DNA of 64,000 nucleotides from Octopus sinensis (Eukaryota): assembly GCF_006345805.1 (NCBI RefSeq), contig NC_042998.1, forward strand, positions 158,100,001 through 158,164,000, in the 5' to 3' direction. Each line of letters opens with the position of its first letter. Positions within the stretch are counted from its first letter, which is position 1. Position numbers and translations under genes: made by a program. The notes under the pieces are model-generated. The model was not told the origin of the DNA. It did not search any database and saw only the letters and a list, made by a program, of their open reading frames with translations. Below, one piece after another: positions 1-9,299 of the stretch.

Positions 1-95
1 AGGAAATCAATATCTCCTGTTGGACTCTCGCCAATAGAAAATACATTTCCTGCTTGCTTGAAGTCTTTCAAAGAATACCAATTGGCATATTGTCA

Positions 96-105
96 ATAGT
101 TATTA

Positions 106-160
<55 letters not shown>

Positions 161-215
161 CATTATTATTATTATTATTATATCATCATCATCATCATCA
201 TCATTCATTCATTAT
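96..215. repeat. (ATT)n/(ATC)n microsatellite
   Basis: Read directly from sequence. Confidence 0.95.
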
Positions 216-400
216 TGCAACAGCAGTGAAGTGGTTGAATTGTTAAAACGTCGGGTAAAATGCTTTGCAGTATTTGTTCCGACATTTTACATTCAAAGTT
301 TAAGTACCATCAAGCTCAATTTTGCCCTTTGTTCTCCCGGGGCTGATAAAAGAAAGTACCAGTCCAGACAAGTACTTGAGTCGATTTAAGCGATTAATAG
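216..400 (+). mobile_element. Degenerate tRNA-derived SINE, family A
   Basis: Diverged match to the family A body (ttttgccctttgttctcccggggctgataaaagaaagtaccag..gagtcgattt). Confidence 0.55.
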
Positions 401-813
401 TTCCCCTAAAAAGGATTAGTATTGTGCCAAAATTTGAAACAGAGTTCGATTCTCTGTAGAGGTTTGCTGGCCACTTTTTCTCCACCTTCTAATGGGGATT
501 TACCCGACTTCATAAGCTGTATTCCCAGCCTTCCTGCGTTCGAGAATTCCTTTATTTTATGTAGTATACTGACTCATTCGGCGCTTATAAGTTTGTCTAC
601 AAAATGGTCTTCAAAAGCTATTATTTAGCATTATAAATAGATGATTTTGGCTCTCAGGGATCTTTTAGCTTAACGGTACAGAGTTCTCAGTACAGTAGGA
701 ATCTCTGCAGAGGATTGCTGGCCGTAAATCCACCTCTTGCCCGTCTTCTAAAATGTGTTTAGCCGATTTTCTGTCTTCACAGCCATTCTGCATTCGATTT
801 TTTCAGTAGAATA

Positions 814-953
814 TTCTTCTTCTTCTTCTTCTTCTTCTTCTTTCTTCTTCTTCTTCTTCTTCTTCTTCTTCTTCTTCTTCTTCTTCTTCTTCTTCTAATT
901 ATTATTATTATTATCATTATTATTATTATTATTATCACCATCATCATTATTAT
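814..953. repeat. (TTC)n plus (ATT)n compound microsatellite
   Basis: Read directly. The ATT block abuts the 3' end of the R4-like element. Confidence 0.95.
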
Positions 954-1830
954 ACATACTAAACAGATTAGACATTTGGAAAAGAAAAATCCTAAAATCG
1001 TGCTACAACAAGGAACCTTAGATGCCAAGTACCCTGCTAAGTATCCAAGCTGTCCCTAATAACACTGTTTTCTGGAGTTGTACGAGAGTGGGATTTATGT
1101 CTATTTCCTCTATCCATCTGTTCAGATCTTTAGGGATAGTTTCGTGTGCACCTATAACTACTGGGATGCATTTAACCCGCACTTCCCATAGTCTCTGTAA
1201 TTCAATAGCTAGGTCGTGGTACTTTGCTATTTTTTCTATGCTTCTCGTATTAATGTCTTTATAATTTGTCTCTATTATCTGGCACTTTTTATTCTCTTTA
1301 TCTACTACAACCAAATCATGCCTTCTAGCTTCTATTGCTCTAGCTTCTATTGCTCTGTCAGTCTGAATTTTGAAGTCCCACAACATCTTATATTTCTTAC
1401 TTTCTAGCAATTTACTTGGTTCGTGTTCATACCATTGTTCAGTATGTTTAAATCCTAACTTTCTACATAGCTCCCAGTGGATCACTCTCACTAGATTGTC
1501 ATGTCTTTTCTTGCATTCTTTCTGTGCCAGCTGCTGCATTCACTTACTATGTAACACTTTCCTCTTTTGATTTGCATAATCTACATTGGGAATCTACTTG
1601 GTTTTTGTCTATCTTAGCTTTTATCCAATTAGTCCTTAATGCTTGATCTTGTGCAGCTACTAACAAACTTCCCATCTTCAGTACTTCACTCTCCACTACT
1701 TATTTGGTTATAAAATCTCCACTGGTGTGTCTCAAATAATCTATTCTGTTGATTCTGATCTATTCTTTTCTGATATATGGAGAGCTTGCCTGCTACTGTT
1801 ATGATATATTGTTTCAACTTGAATAAGTGG
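954..1830 (-). mobile_element. 5'-truncated R4/Dong-clade non-LTR retrotransposon 3' end (CCHC knuckle plus restriction-like endonuclease), inactive
   Basis: Minus strand reads LLVAAQDQALRTNWIKAKIDK..CRLCKSKEESVT(fs)IVSEC..LAQKECKKRHDN..WYEH..LWDFKIQTD..RHDLVVVDK..EKIAKYHDL..PVVIG..LQKTVLLGTA..VLGI*. Frameshifts are present and the PD motif reads HD. The 3' end runs into (TAA)n. Confidence 0.85.
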
Positions 1831-2857
1831 TTTCACATGAATGGGAATAAATTAAAAATAAAATTAGCGTGCAGAAATGGAATAGTCCAGATGGATAATA
1901 AAAAATTAAATTAAAGAAAAGACTATTGTCTATAAAGTATACAATGTAGAGAAAAAAGATTTGAACACCTGGAGGAAAGCACCATCGAAAAGTGTCTTGG
2001 TGCGACTATGAAAGATATTTAGCCAGAGGCGGTAAATTCGCCACAATAGAACCAAGGTTCGAGTCAACTGAGCGTGCAAGGAAGTATTCGACTCGAACTT
2101 GCAAAGTAGAAATATTTTATTTTTACCTTTATATCTGGGACGTAGGACGTCCCGGATAAAAATTTAAAATGCCCCCTCCCAATAGCAGTAGAGGTAGACT
2201 GGATTGTAGCCACACTTCTATACAAGAGGGAGGACACGATACAATTGATCGAAATTGCAAGAGACGGGCTAACAATTCCAGTCTGTTATATATTTTGAGC
2301 ATTGTTATCACTAGCGATATCAAGATATAACTTTGTATTTTGTATTTTATGTGTAGATGTATATATAGAGATGTACATGTAATATGTACACACATATATA
2401 CACATATATACATGCACTAGCACTATTACCCGGCAACGGTGGGTCATACTGCTAGTATATATATACATGTTCTTCCGTATATGTGTATATGTGTGTGCTC
2501 ATACGTTTGATTGTTTGGATGTATATATGTGTATTGTGAAACTGTTCACTTTAGATTTCATTATACATAATTATATCAAAATTCGATATTTTTGATGTGT
2601 CATCTGCGTGAAAGAATATCTAATGCAAGGAATATGAAATAGCATTGAAATTTAAAATATTATTTGATAATTAATTACCTTAATTTCAAAATAATTTTAA
2701 AATAATTATCTCCTTATAACAACCCTATGTATACAGTTCTGAATATCTATTATAAAATCAATACTACACGTGTACTGACGACCTCCATCGACAGTCCAAA
2801 GTTGTTTCGTACACTTGACACGATATTTTTGTTAAGTAATATATTTTCGTTTCAAGG

Positions 2858-3065
2858 GTGGCTAGCTGTCTGAGTTGTTACCGCGCCGGAGAAAAATGTT
2901 TAGTCACATTTCTTCATGTTTTGCGTTCTGAGTTTATATGTTGCTGAGGTCGACCTCACCATTTATTCTGACAGGTTCAGTAAAATAAGGTCCAGTTGAA
3001 CACTAGGGTTGATGTAATCGACTTCCTACTTATCCCAAAATTTCATGCTTTGCACCTATAGTAGG
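2858..3065 (+). mobile_element. SINE family A copy (in the ABHD8 intron)
   Basis: gctagctgtctgagttgttacc..gttctgagttt..gaggtcgacc..ccagttgaacactagggttgatgtaatcgac..tgcacctatagtag. Confidence 0.75.
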
Positions 3066-3170
3066 TCTTCTCTTTTCATCGCATATTCGATCTTAGTTTC
3101 ACTTTTTCATGGTTCAAACATTAAACACGCTTTCAAATGATTTCCTTTTATCCTTATTTTACTTTTGTAG

Positions 3171-3378
3171 GTCAGCATTCAAGACCAAACAAAAAAACGA
3201 GATGTTGAAGAGGGCTTCCTTTAACATACCGTCTTTTGTTCTGCATTATGTCATCAATGGTCAAGACTGGCCCGAAGGCGATGAAGTCTATCACAGTTGG
3301 ATTAGCGTCCCCACACTACTTATAAACGGTCGAGATGATACTTTTGCCACATTAGAGGATGCTAAGCTAATGAAAGCG
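3171..3378 (+). CDS. ABHD8: ABHD8-like alpha/beta-hydrolase, penultimate exon (phase 2 to 0)
   Basis: Acceptor ttttacttttgtag|g at 3170/3171 and donor gcg|gtgggt at 3378/3379. Peptide SAFKTKQKNEMLKRASFNIPSFVLHYVINGQDWPEGDEVYHSWISVPTLLINGRDDTFATLEDAKLMKA matches the ABHD8 segment FNVSSFVL..GQYWPEGDEVYH..VPVLLVHG..D, recalled from the vertebrate protein. It includes the putative catalytic Asp (GRDD). Confidence 0.9.
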
Positions 3379-4046
3379 GTGGGTATTTTTCTATATAAAC
3401 TGACTATAGATTTTAATTGAGTAAGTACAGCGAAAATATTTCGAGTAATATTGTTGAATAAGGACTCTTGATCACAAATAGATAAAACATCTGCTGAAAT
3501 TTTATCTTTAAATGTAAGTCTTAAAATTGACAGTTACATGCTAGGGCAGGGATCAACACATGAGAAATATCTATGGAATACTTTATTACACTACTTTCCC
3601 AAATATGTTTTAAGATATATTACTTATTGTATATTATTATGATACTTGATGTATAATATCTTTTTATGTCAGTTAACTTGTAATATATCGTTAACTGTTA
3701 TAGTATCTTGTGATGTAGTTTACTTACTGTTTTACGTCTCTCTTGTTAAAAATGGAAGGCGTTTACCTACCTAATCTAGTTATGATTTCGTTTATGTGCA
3801 CTTCCAAAAATTATTAAATCATCCAGTGAAATATATAATAAAAAATACAAATATCAATTCGTCAACATGCTCTTTAGGAAATACTTCACCAAACGTTTCT
3901 CTTGAAAATTAATGGGAAGCGTTTTCTTGTCAACCATTCCAATGCTTCGAATTAATCGATATATTTGAATAAGTAATTGTTTTCTATGTCGTCAATCATT
4001 GTTAAAAATATTTATAATGCCATCGTTTCTTTTATCACTATTTTAG

Positions 4047-5555
4047 ACTATCCACGGATCGAAGCTGGAAATAGTAGATGAGGCTAGCCATATGGTTATG
4101 TTGGAAGCGCCGGACAAAGTGAATAAACTTATTTTGGAATTTATTTGCTCACGTGGATCACATAAACTGCCAGATGTAAAAGAATTGGCTGAAGAAGGAA
4201 TAGAAACACCACAAAGATCAGCGGTGAACGAGAAGCAGTTCGAACCTTCCCAGAAAGGTGAGGAACAAACACCATCTCCTGAGGCTTACACGCACAAATG
4301 GGCCTCGGTACATACAGAAGCCACACCGAGGTGTGCGGAAGAGGAACAGGAGGAAGGAAGGAAACACGAGGAAGAAGAAGAAGAAGAAGAAGAAGAAGAA
4401 GAAGAAGATAATGAGGGTGAAGTAATTATCACGATTCCATCTAAAGCAAGTCCCAGTCAAAAGGAAGGAAACGCTGCGAGATATAGATGCAGGTTAAAGA
4501 AAGGTGTTGTCACTGGTTACGACAATGCTAGTTATGAATATGAAGAATCGGAAGGAGGTTATTATATTTATAAAGACCAATATGGTCAGAGTCATTATGT
4601 GAGTGCAGAAGAGTTCCACGAACTGTTTGATAAATCTAACAAGCAAGTAAATAGCTCGAGCGAAACAAGGAGCGTAAACAATATTGAAGTAAAGAACATG
4701 AATATACCATCATTTGAGGATATTAATATCTTTGAAAATTGTAAAGAATCTTACATTAAAGAATCACAACTGAACAACCAAGAGACAAGTAGCACATGTA
4801 AAAACAAAACCAATGATATCAATATCTTACCGCACAAACTCTCGCAAAATACATTAAAGTCTTCAGACAATAAGTATCCAAAGAGTTTGTCTTCTTTTGA
4901 TGGGAAATGTAAAAACGGCGTGAATAGACAAGAAGTAGATATTAACAGTAAACACAGTCATGGTAACCGTCCAGCAAACACCCAGCCATCTGTCACGTTA
5001 GCCTTGGGACGTCAACGGAGTGACTCACTTGACTATCTTGGTGAAGAAGAATTAATTATTATCACCTCGGTAAAAGAGAAAGAAAAGAATTGTATGTTTT
5101 TGAAAGATTCTTCCCATGAAACAGCGTCAATGAAGAATGTTTCGCAAAATTCGATTCTGAATAAAAGATCTGACTACAGTTCACTAAATAATTCGAAGTC
5201 AAACGAACTTAGCAATTTGCCTGTTAATGTTCAGGCATTACATTCAGAGTTAGTTCAAAAACTCAACACAAAATTAAACCCACAGGAGAGAAAAGATGTT
5301 CGGGAACCAAGCGTTGGAATTAAAGAAACACACAGTATGGGCTCTAATGAAGAGTCAGTTGTAAATCGTAGTGCCTCTTTTTTGGAGTCTAGGAAGCTAA
5401 TGGAAGAACATTTTTCAAAATCAGCATTCAGAATGAGTATGGGTGCTCGTCCGATTATACCACTTCCTGGAGCCCCAATCTACCCTTACAAATCATCTCA
5501 AATCTCCCCAGAGAGACACGAAACTACTAAATCAACCAGCCCAGAATATACTAAG
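4047..5555 (+). CDS. ABHD8: ABHD8-like terminal exon, part 1: end of hydrolase fold plus ~470 aa low-complexity extension
   Basis: Acceptor ctattttag|act at 4046/4047, in phase 0 with the previous exon. Reads TIHGSKLEIVDEASHMVMLEAPDKVNKLILEFI, like ABHD8 ..[25 protein letters not shown] with the catalytic His. The frame stays open through a poly-Glu tract to ~5555 (stop in this frame at 5679-5681). Confidence 0.85.
4368..4407 (+). repeat. Coding (GAA)n tract encoding poly-Glu
   Basis: gag followed by a gaa run, giving HEEEEEEEEEEEEEDNE in frame. Confidence 0.95.
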
Positions 5556-8500
5556 ATTCAAGAGACAATAATAGTAGAAATTCTTCTTTATGCTATGCTG
5601 AGACAAGCATTGTCACAAGCAGTCCGTCTTTCCTACAATCAAAGAAAGCTATTAATGAGCATTTCAGTAAAATTGGATTAAGAAGCCCGCAGTTTTCATC
5701 AACTCCTTTATCTGAGTCCAAGAACTCACGAACTAGCTCCGGCAGCAACATACTTCCAAGAATTAATTCGAGAAAGGAATCAAAAGATATAAGATTATCG
5801 CCAAATAAAATTCAACCTAAGCAAGAAAAGACCTATACAGACACACCAAATAGTCCGTCCAAAACAAGTCTTAGTGTAAGTGAATGGGCAGAACGTCATT
5901 TGCAGACAATATCAGAAATTGTTTTACCAGGTGGCGTGAATTCCACGGAAGGCAGTCCACAAATCAGCCCTAAAGCGTCTTCCCTAACAAGCGATAAAGA
6001 AAGTAAAACTGAAAAACAAATGAGTTTGAAAGATTGGGCAGAAAAGCATTTAAAATTGATTTCGGAATTCATAACTCCGCCAGTTACTCCAGTGAAAAGT
6101 AATTCTCGCAATAACTGCGAAAGCTCTAATGATGATAACGACAGCGAGAAAATTGAAAATAGACTTCCATTAAGTCAATGGGCAGAAAAACATGTAAAAT
6201 TGATCTCAGAAGGAAAGTCTGATATTGCTTCTTCTAGAAATATACCTGTTGACACTGTTAACAATGTTCAATTTGAAAATAATACAAGTAAAACATTAAA
6301 TGTAAGTGAGTGGGCAGAGAGACATGCTCGAAGAGTTTCCAGCATGGCTTCTAATTCGCCAATTGCTTCTGAACCAGATGTCGAGCGAAAGACAATAGAA
6401 GGAAGAAAACAAGAACAGCAAAGTATACAAAATAAACTTAGTGTGAGTGAATGGGCAGAGAGACATGCTCGAAGAGTTTCCAGCATGGTTTCTAATTCGC
6501 CAATTGCTTCTGAACCAGATGTTGAACGAAAGAGAATGGAAAAAAGAAAACAAGAACATCAATGTATACAAAATAAACTTAGTGTGAGTGAATGGGCAGA
6601 GAGACATGCACGAAAAATTTCCAGCATGACTTCTAATGTGACAACTAATCCTATACTTGATTCCCCTCAAAATAATGATGAAAGCAAGAAAAAATATAAA
6701 CCTACTTCAACTGTAAAAATTGCAGAAAGTAATATTAGTATCAAAAATTGGGCCGAAAAACATGTGAATATTATTTCTGAAATGAATTCCAATTTGAACT
6801 CTGGATCAAGACGTAATTCTTTCCAGATAAATAGTTTGTCAGGTGAAAATACATTTAATTCTTCAAAAGTCAGTGAAGACCATCCGAAGATAGAACACAA
6901 AAATAGGTCGCTAGCATCAGATACGCAAACACCGTTTGCTGATAATAGAATATTAAACATGAATTTGCAAATTAGCTCACCCAATGATGCACACTCACCA
7001 AATCATCAAGGGAATGTTTCTAAGGAAGATAAACTTGAATTGCAAAAATATGAAGAAAACCAAATAGATACTCATAGTATTGGTGACCTTCCGGAAGAGA
7101 CTGAAGACTGTGAAAGTAATACTTCGAAATCAACAGAGACAAGAGCCATGGATAAAGTTGATATTAAATTCAAAGACGTAATCGATGAAACCGATAAAAA
7201 TGAATTAATTATACAAGATAAACAAACATACGTTATTGACAGTGACAACAAAGAAATGGAAAATGTAAATGATTCAGAACTAAATCCAGATGTACATAAC
7301 AAGAAGGAAGGAATTGAATTTATGGAAGCTAAAAGTCCAAGACAGAAACTACAAGACGCAAGTACTGATTGTTCTGAAATTTGTGAAGTAGATGAGATAC
7401 CACATCTCAGCAATACAGACCTCAACAGATGGGCAGAACGACATTTTGAAAAGATTCTAGGTGCCCATACACAATCTGATTCGCAAAAACAAATTTCATC
7501 CCAAGTGCAGCAAGATATTTTCGAAGGTGATAAAAGACGAAACAGAAAGGCACATTTAGACAAAAAATCCAATGAACACAGGCGATCTGAAATCATCTCT
7601 GAATCTAGTCAAGCTGAAACAATCCAAAATATTGACAATAAATCAATGACTAAAAAATCGGACTCAAAACCTCCTGAATCAGAATCTGATTCCAGTTCCG
7701 ATATATGCTTTGAATCTTGCTACGAGCATTTTCCCGAATCTCCAACAAATTCTCAGACAAACGATCTTTGTAGTCAGTCTTTTGTTATTGATACAGATGA
7801 TATGGTAAGTGCAGCAGATAATTCACTGACTTCGGATATATTAGGCCAGAGGTTTGTTTTCGACGATAATAGCAATGTAGTTGATTCAGATACTGACATG
7901 TATAGTGATCAGTTTAACCTCGAGGAAATTAGCGTAAAAAGTCACGAACCAGATTCATCAATGACACACGACTCAAATCTAATATCAAAATACGAATCTT
8001 TCACAAATCAGCAATCATCCAATTCTACTACTTCGGTTTTACACTCAACGTGTAATCAATTAAACCTCAGTGAAAATACATTAGCTAGCAGCAAACTACA
8101 AACATTAGATTCTGAAGACACTCAGTCACAACTAGAGATTGAAACTACAGAGATACTTCTAACAGAAGGAACCGTGTTCCACTTAAGCAAAAATAATTCC
8201 AGTCCTACTTCACCCTCTACTCATATCGCGAGTCATTCTCTTACAGATGTCGATAACTCAAACATTACACATCGAAAACATAAACCCTCCTTTGACAGTA
8301 GCCTCAACAACTCGGTTTCTCCAAAGTGCCAAGCCATATCATCATCCAATAATAATGAGGACACAACTGACATAATACAATGTCAAACACTCTCTTTGAG
8401 AGAAGAAAATGTTCTCGAAACAGACAATGACAATAATTTGATCAACAATCCTGAAAACAAGGTCAAATTCGATGATGTAAAAGTGACTGCAGCCATTACT

Positions 8501-8593
8501 GCGAGTACCTCTGCAGTAGAATGTTCAATAAAACCAATAACAACTAATGACGGTTTGCCAAGATTGAAATCTTTTCATATGAACGTACTCTGA
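5555..8593 (+). CDS. ABHD8-like terminal exon, part 2 (-1 frame): ~1,012 aa Ser/Asn/Glu-rich tail with WAE[RK]H repeats
   Basis: The frame of track ORF 5900-8593 is open upstream to 5555 (last stop TAA 5552-5554) and overlaps part 1. Composition is continuous with part 1. 4047-8593 is 4547 nt, exactly 1 nt short of a whole number of codons. Ends TGA 8591-8593. Confidence 0.75.
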   Translation, partial: DSRDNNSRNSSLCYAETSIVTSSPSFLQSKKAINEHFSKIGLRSPQFSSTPLSESKNSRTSSGSNILPRINSRKESKDIRLSPNKIQPKQEKTYTDTPNSPSKTSLSVSEWAERHLQTISEIVLPGGVNSTEGSPQISPKASSLTSDKESKTEKQMSLKDWAEKHLKLISEFITPPVTPVKSNSRNNCESSNDDNDSEKIENRLPLSQWAEKHVKLISEGKSDIASSRNIPVDTVNNVQFENNTSKTLNVSEWAERHARRVSSMASNSPIASEPDVERKTIEGRKQEQQSIQNKLSVSEWAERHARRVSSMVSNSPIASEPDVERKRMEKRKQEHQCIQNKLSVSEWAERHARKISSMTSNVTTNPILDSPQNNDESKKKYKPTSTVKIAESNISIKNWAEKHVNIISEMNSNLNSGSRRNSFQINSLSGENTFNSSKVSEDHPKIEHKNRSLASDTQTPFADNRILNMNLQISSPNDAHSPNHQGNVSKEDKLELQKYEENQIDTHSIGDLPEETEDCESNTSKSTETRAMDKVDIKFKDVIDETDKNELIIQDKQTYVIDSDNKEMENVNDSELNPDVHNKKEGIEFMEAKSPRQKLQDASTDCSEICEVDEIPHLSNTDLNRWAERHFEKILGAHTQSDSQKQISSQVQQDIFEGDKRRNRKAHLDKKSNEHRRSEIISESSQAETIQNIDNKSMTKKSDSKPPESESDSSSDICFESCYEHFPESPTNSQTNDLCSQSFVIDTDDMVSAADNSLTSDILGQRFVFDDNSNVVDSDTDMYSDQFNLEEISVKSHEPDSSMTHDSNLISKYESFTNQQSSNSTTSVLHSTCNQLNLSENTLASSKLQTLDSEDTQSQLEIETTEILLTEGTVFHLSKNNSSPTSPSTHIASHSLTDVDNSNITHRKHKPSFDSSLNNSVSPKCQAISSSNNNEDTTDIIQCQTLSLREENVLETDNDNNLINNPENKVKFDDVKVTAAITASTSAVECSIKPITTNDGLPRLKSFHMNVL
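6296..6630 (+). repeat. Coding tandem repeat, 141-bp (47-aa) unit, ~2.4 copies
   Basis: tgggcagagagacatgc recurs at 6311, 6452 and 6593 (period 141). The first two units are nearly identical at the DNA level. Confidence 0.95.
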
Positions 8594-8660
8594 GTGTCAA
8601 AAGAAACCTGCAATTGAAATCTTGGAACAAGTTGCTTGTCTTCGCAAGCGTTTTTACTTA

Positions 8661-8684
8661 ATATTATTATCAGCTTATCATCAC

Positions 8685-8715
<31 letters not shown>

Positions 8716-8850
8716 GTCGTCGTCGTCGTCGTCCTCTTCCACGTCCTCGTCGTCATCTCATCGCCCCCATCATCATCATCATCGTCGTCGACGTCGTCAT
8801 CATCATCATCATCATCACTGTCGTCGTCGTCATCGTCGTCGCTGTTGTTA
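8661..8850. repeat. (ATC)n/(GTC)n compound microsatellite just after the ABHD8 stop codon
   Basis: Read directly. Confidence 0.9.
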
Positions 8851-8877
8851 TTGCTTATTATATATTTATGTAATTAT

Positions 8878-9070
8878 TGTGTGGTGGGTTGGCAGACACG
8901 TTGAACCCTTGCGGTATTTAAGTGCTCAACTCTACGTTCTGAGTTTAAATCTCGCCGAGGTTAACTTTGCTTTTCATCCCTCTCAACTCGATAAAATATA
9001 ACAGGCAAATATCGAGGTCGATTTAACCGATTAAACACCCTGATCCCAAATTCCTGGCTTTATGCCGACA
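8878..9070 (+). mobile_element. SINE family A copy
   Basis: gttggcagacacgtt..ctacgttctgagtttaaatctcgccgaggttaactttgcttttcatcc..gtcgattt. Confidence 0.75.
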
Positions 9071-9174
9071 GTAGTAATATTATTTTATTGCAATCAACGC
9101 TACATTATTTGCAAAGATATTCTTATTGTTAGAATTATATCATAAATATATTAACATTCCATGTACATATACAC

Positions 9175-9222
<48 letters not shown>

Positions 9223-9299
9223 CAGTATTAGTCGTTATCATTTATTTATTTATCAAATGGGCGATGAATCGAGGAACAGTATAGGGACAAATTAAGTGA

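Noticed and set aside
5556-5681. C-terminus IQETIIVEILLYAMLRQ..KLD* of the 529-aa track ORF as a transmembrane-like true end
   Set aside because: It lies beyond the inferred frameshift. The overlapping -1 frame carries the repeated EHFSK motif and continues for ~1,000 codons.
5870-7460. Resemblance of LSVSEWAERH to the LTVSEWAD-type N-terminus of phage terminase large subunits
   Set aside because: Short motif only. There is no ATPase or nuclease domain, the context is a eukaryotic spliced gene, and convergence or chance is more likely.
6268-7596. Antisense ORFs opposite the ABHD8 tail
   Set aside because: Shadow ORFs of a long, codon-biased sense ORF.
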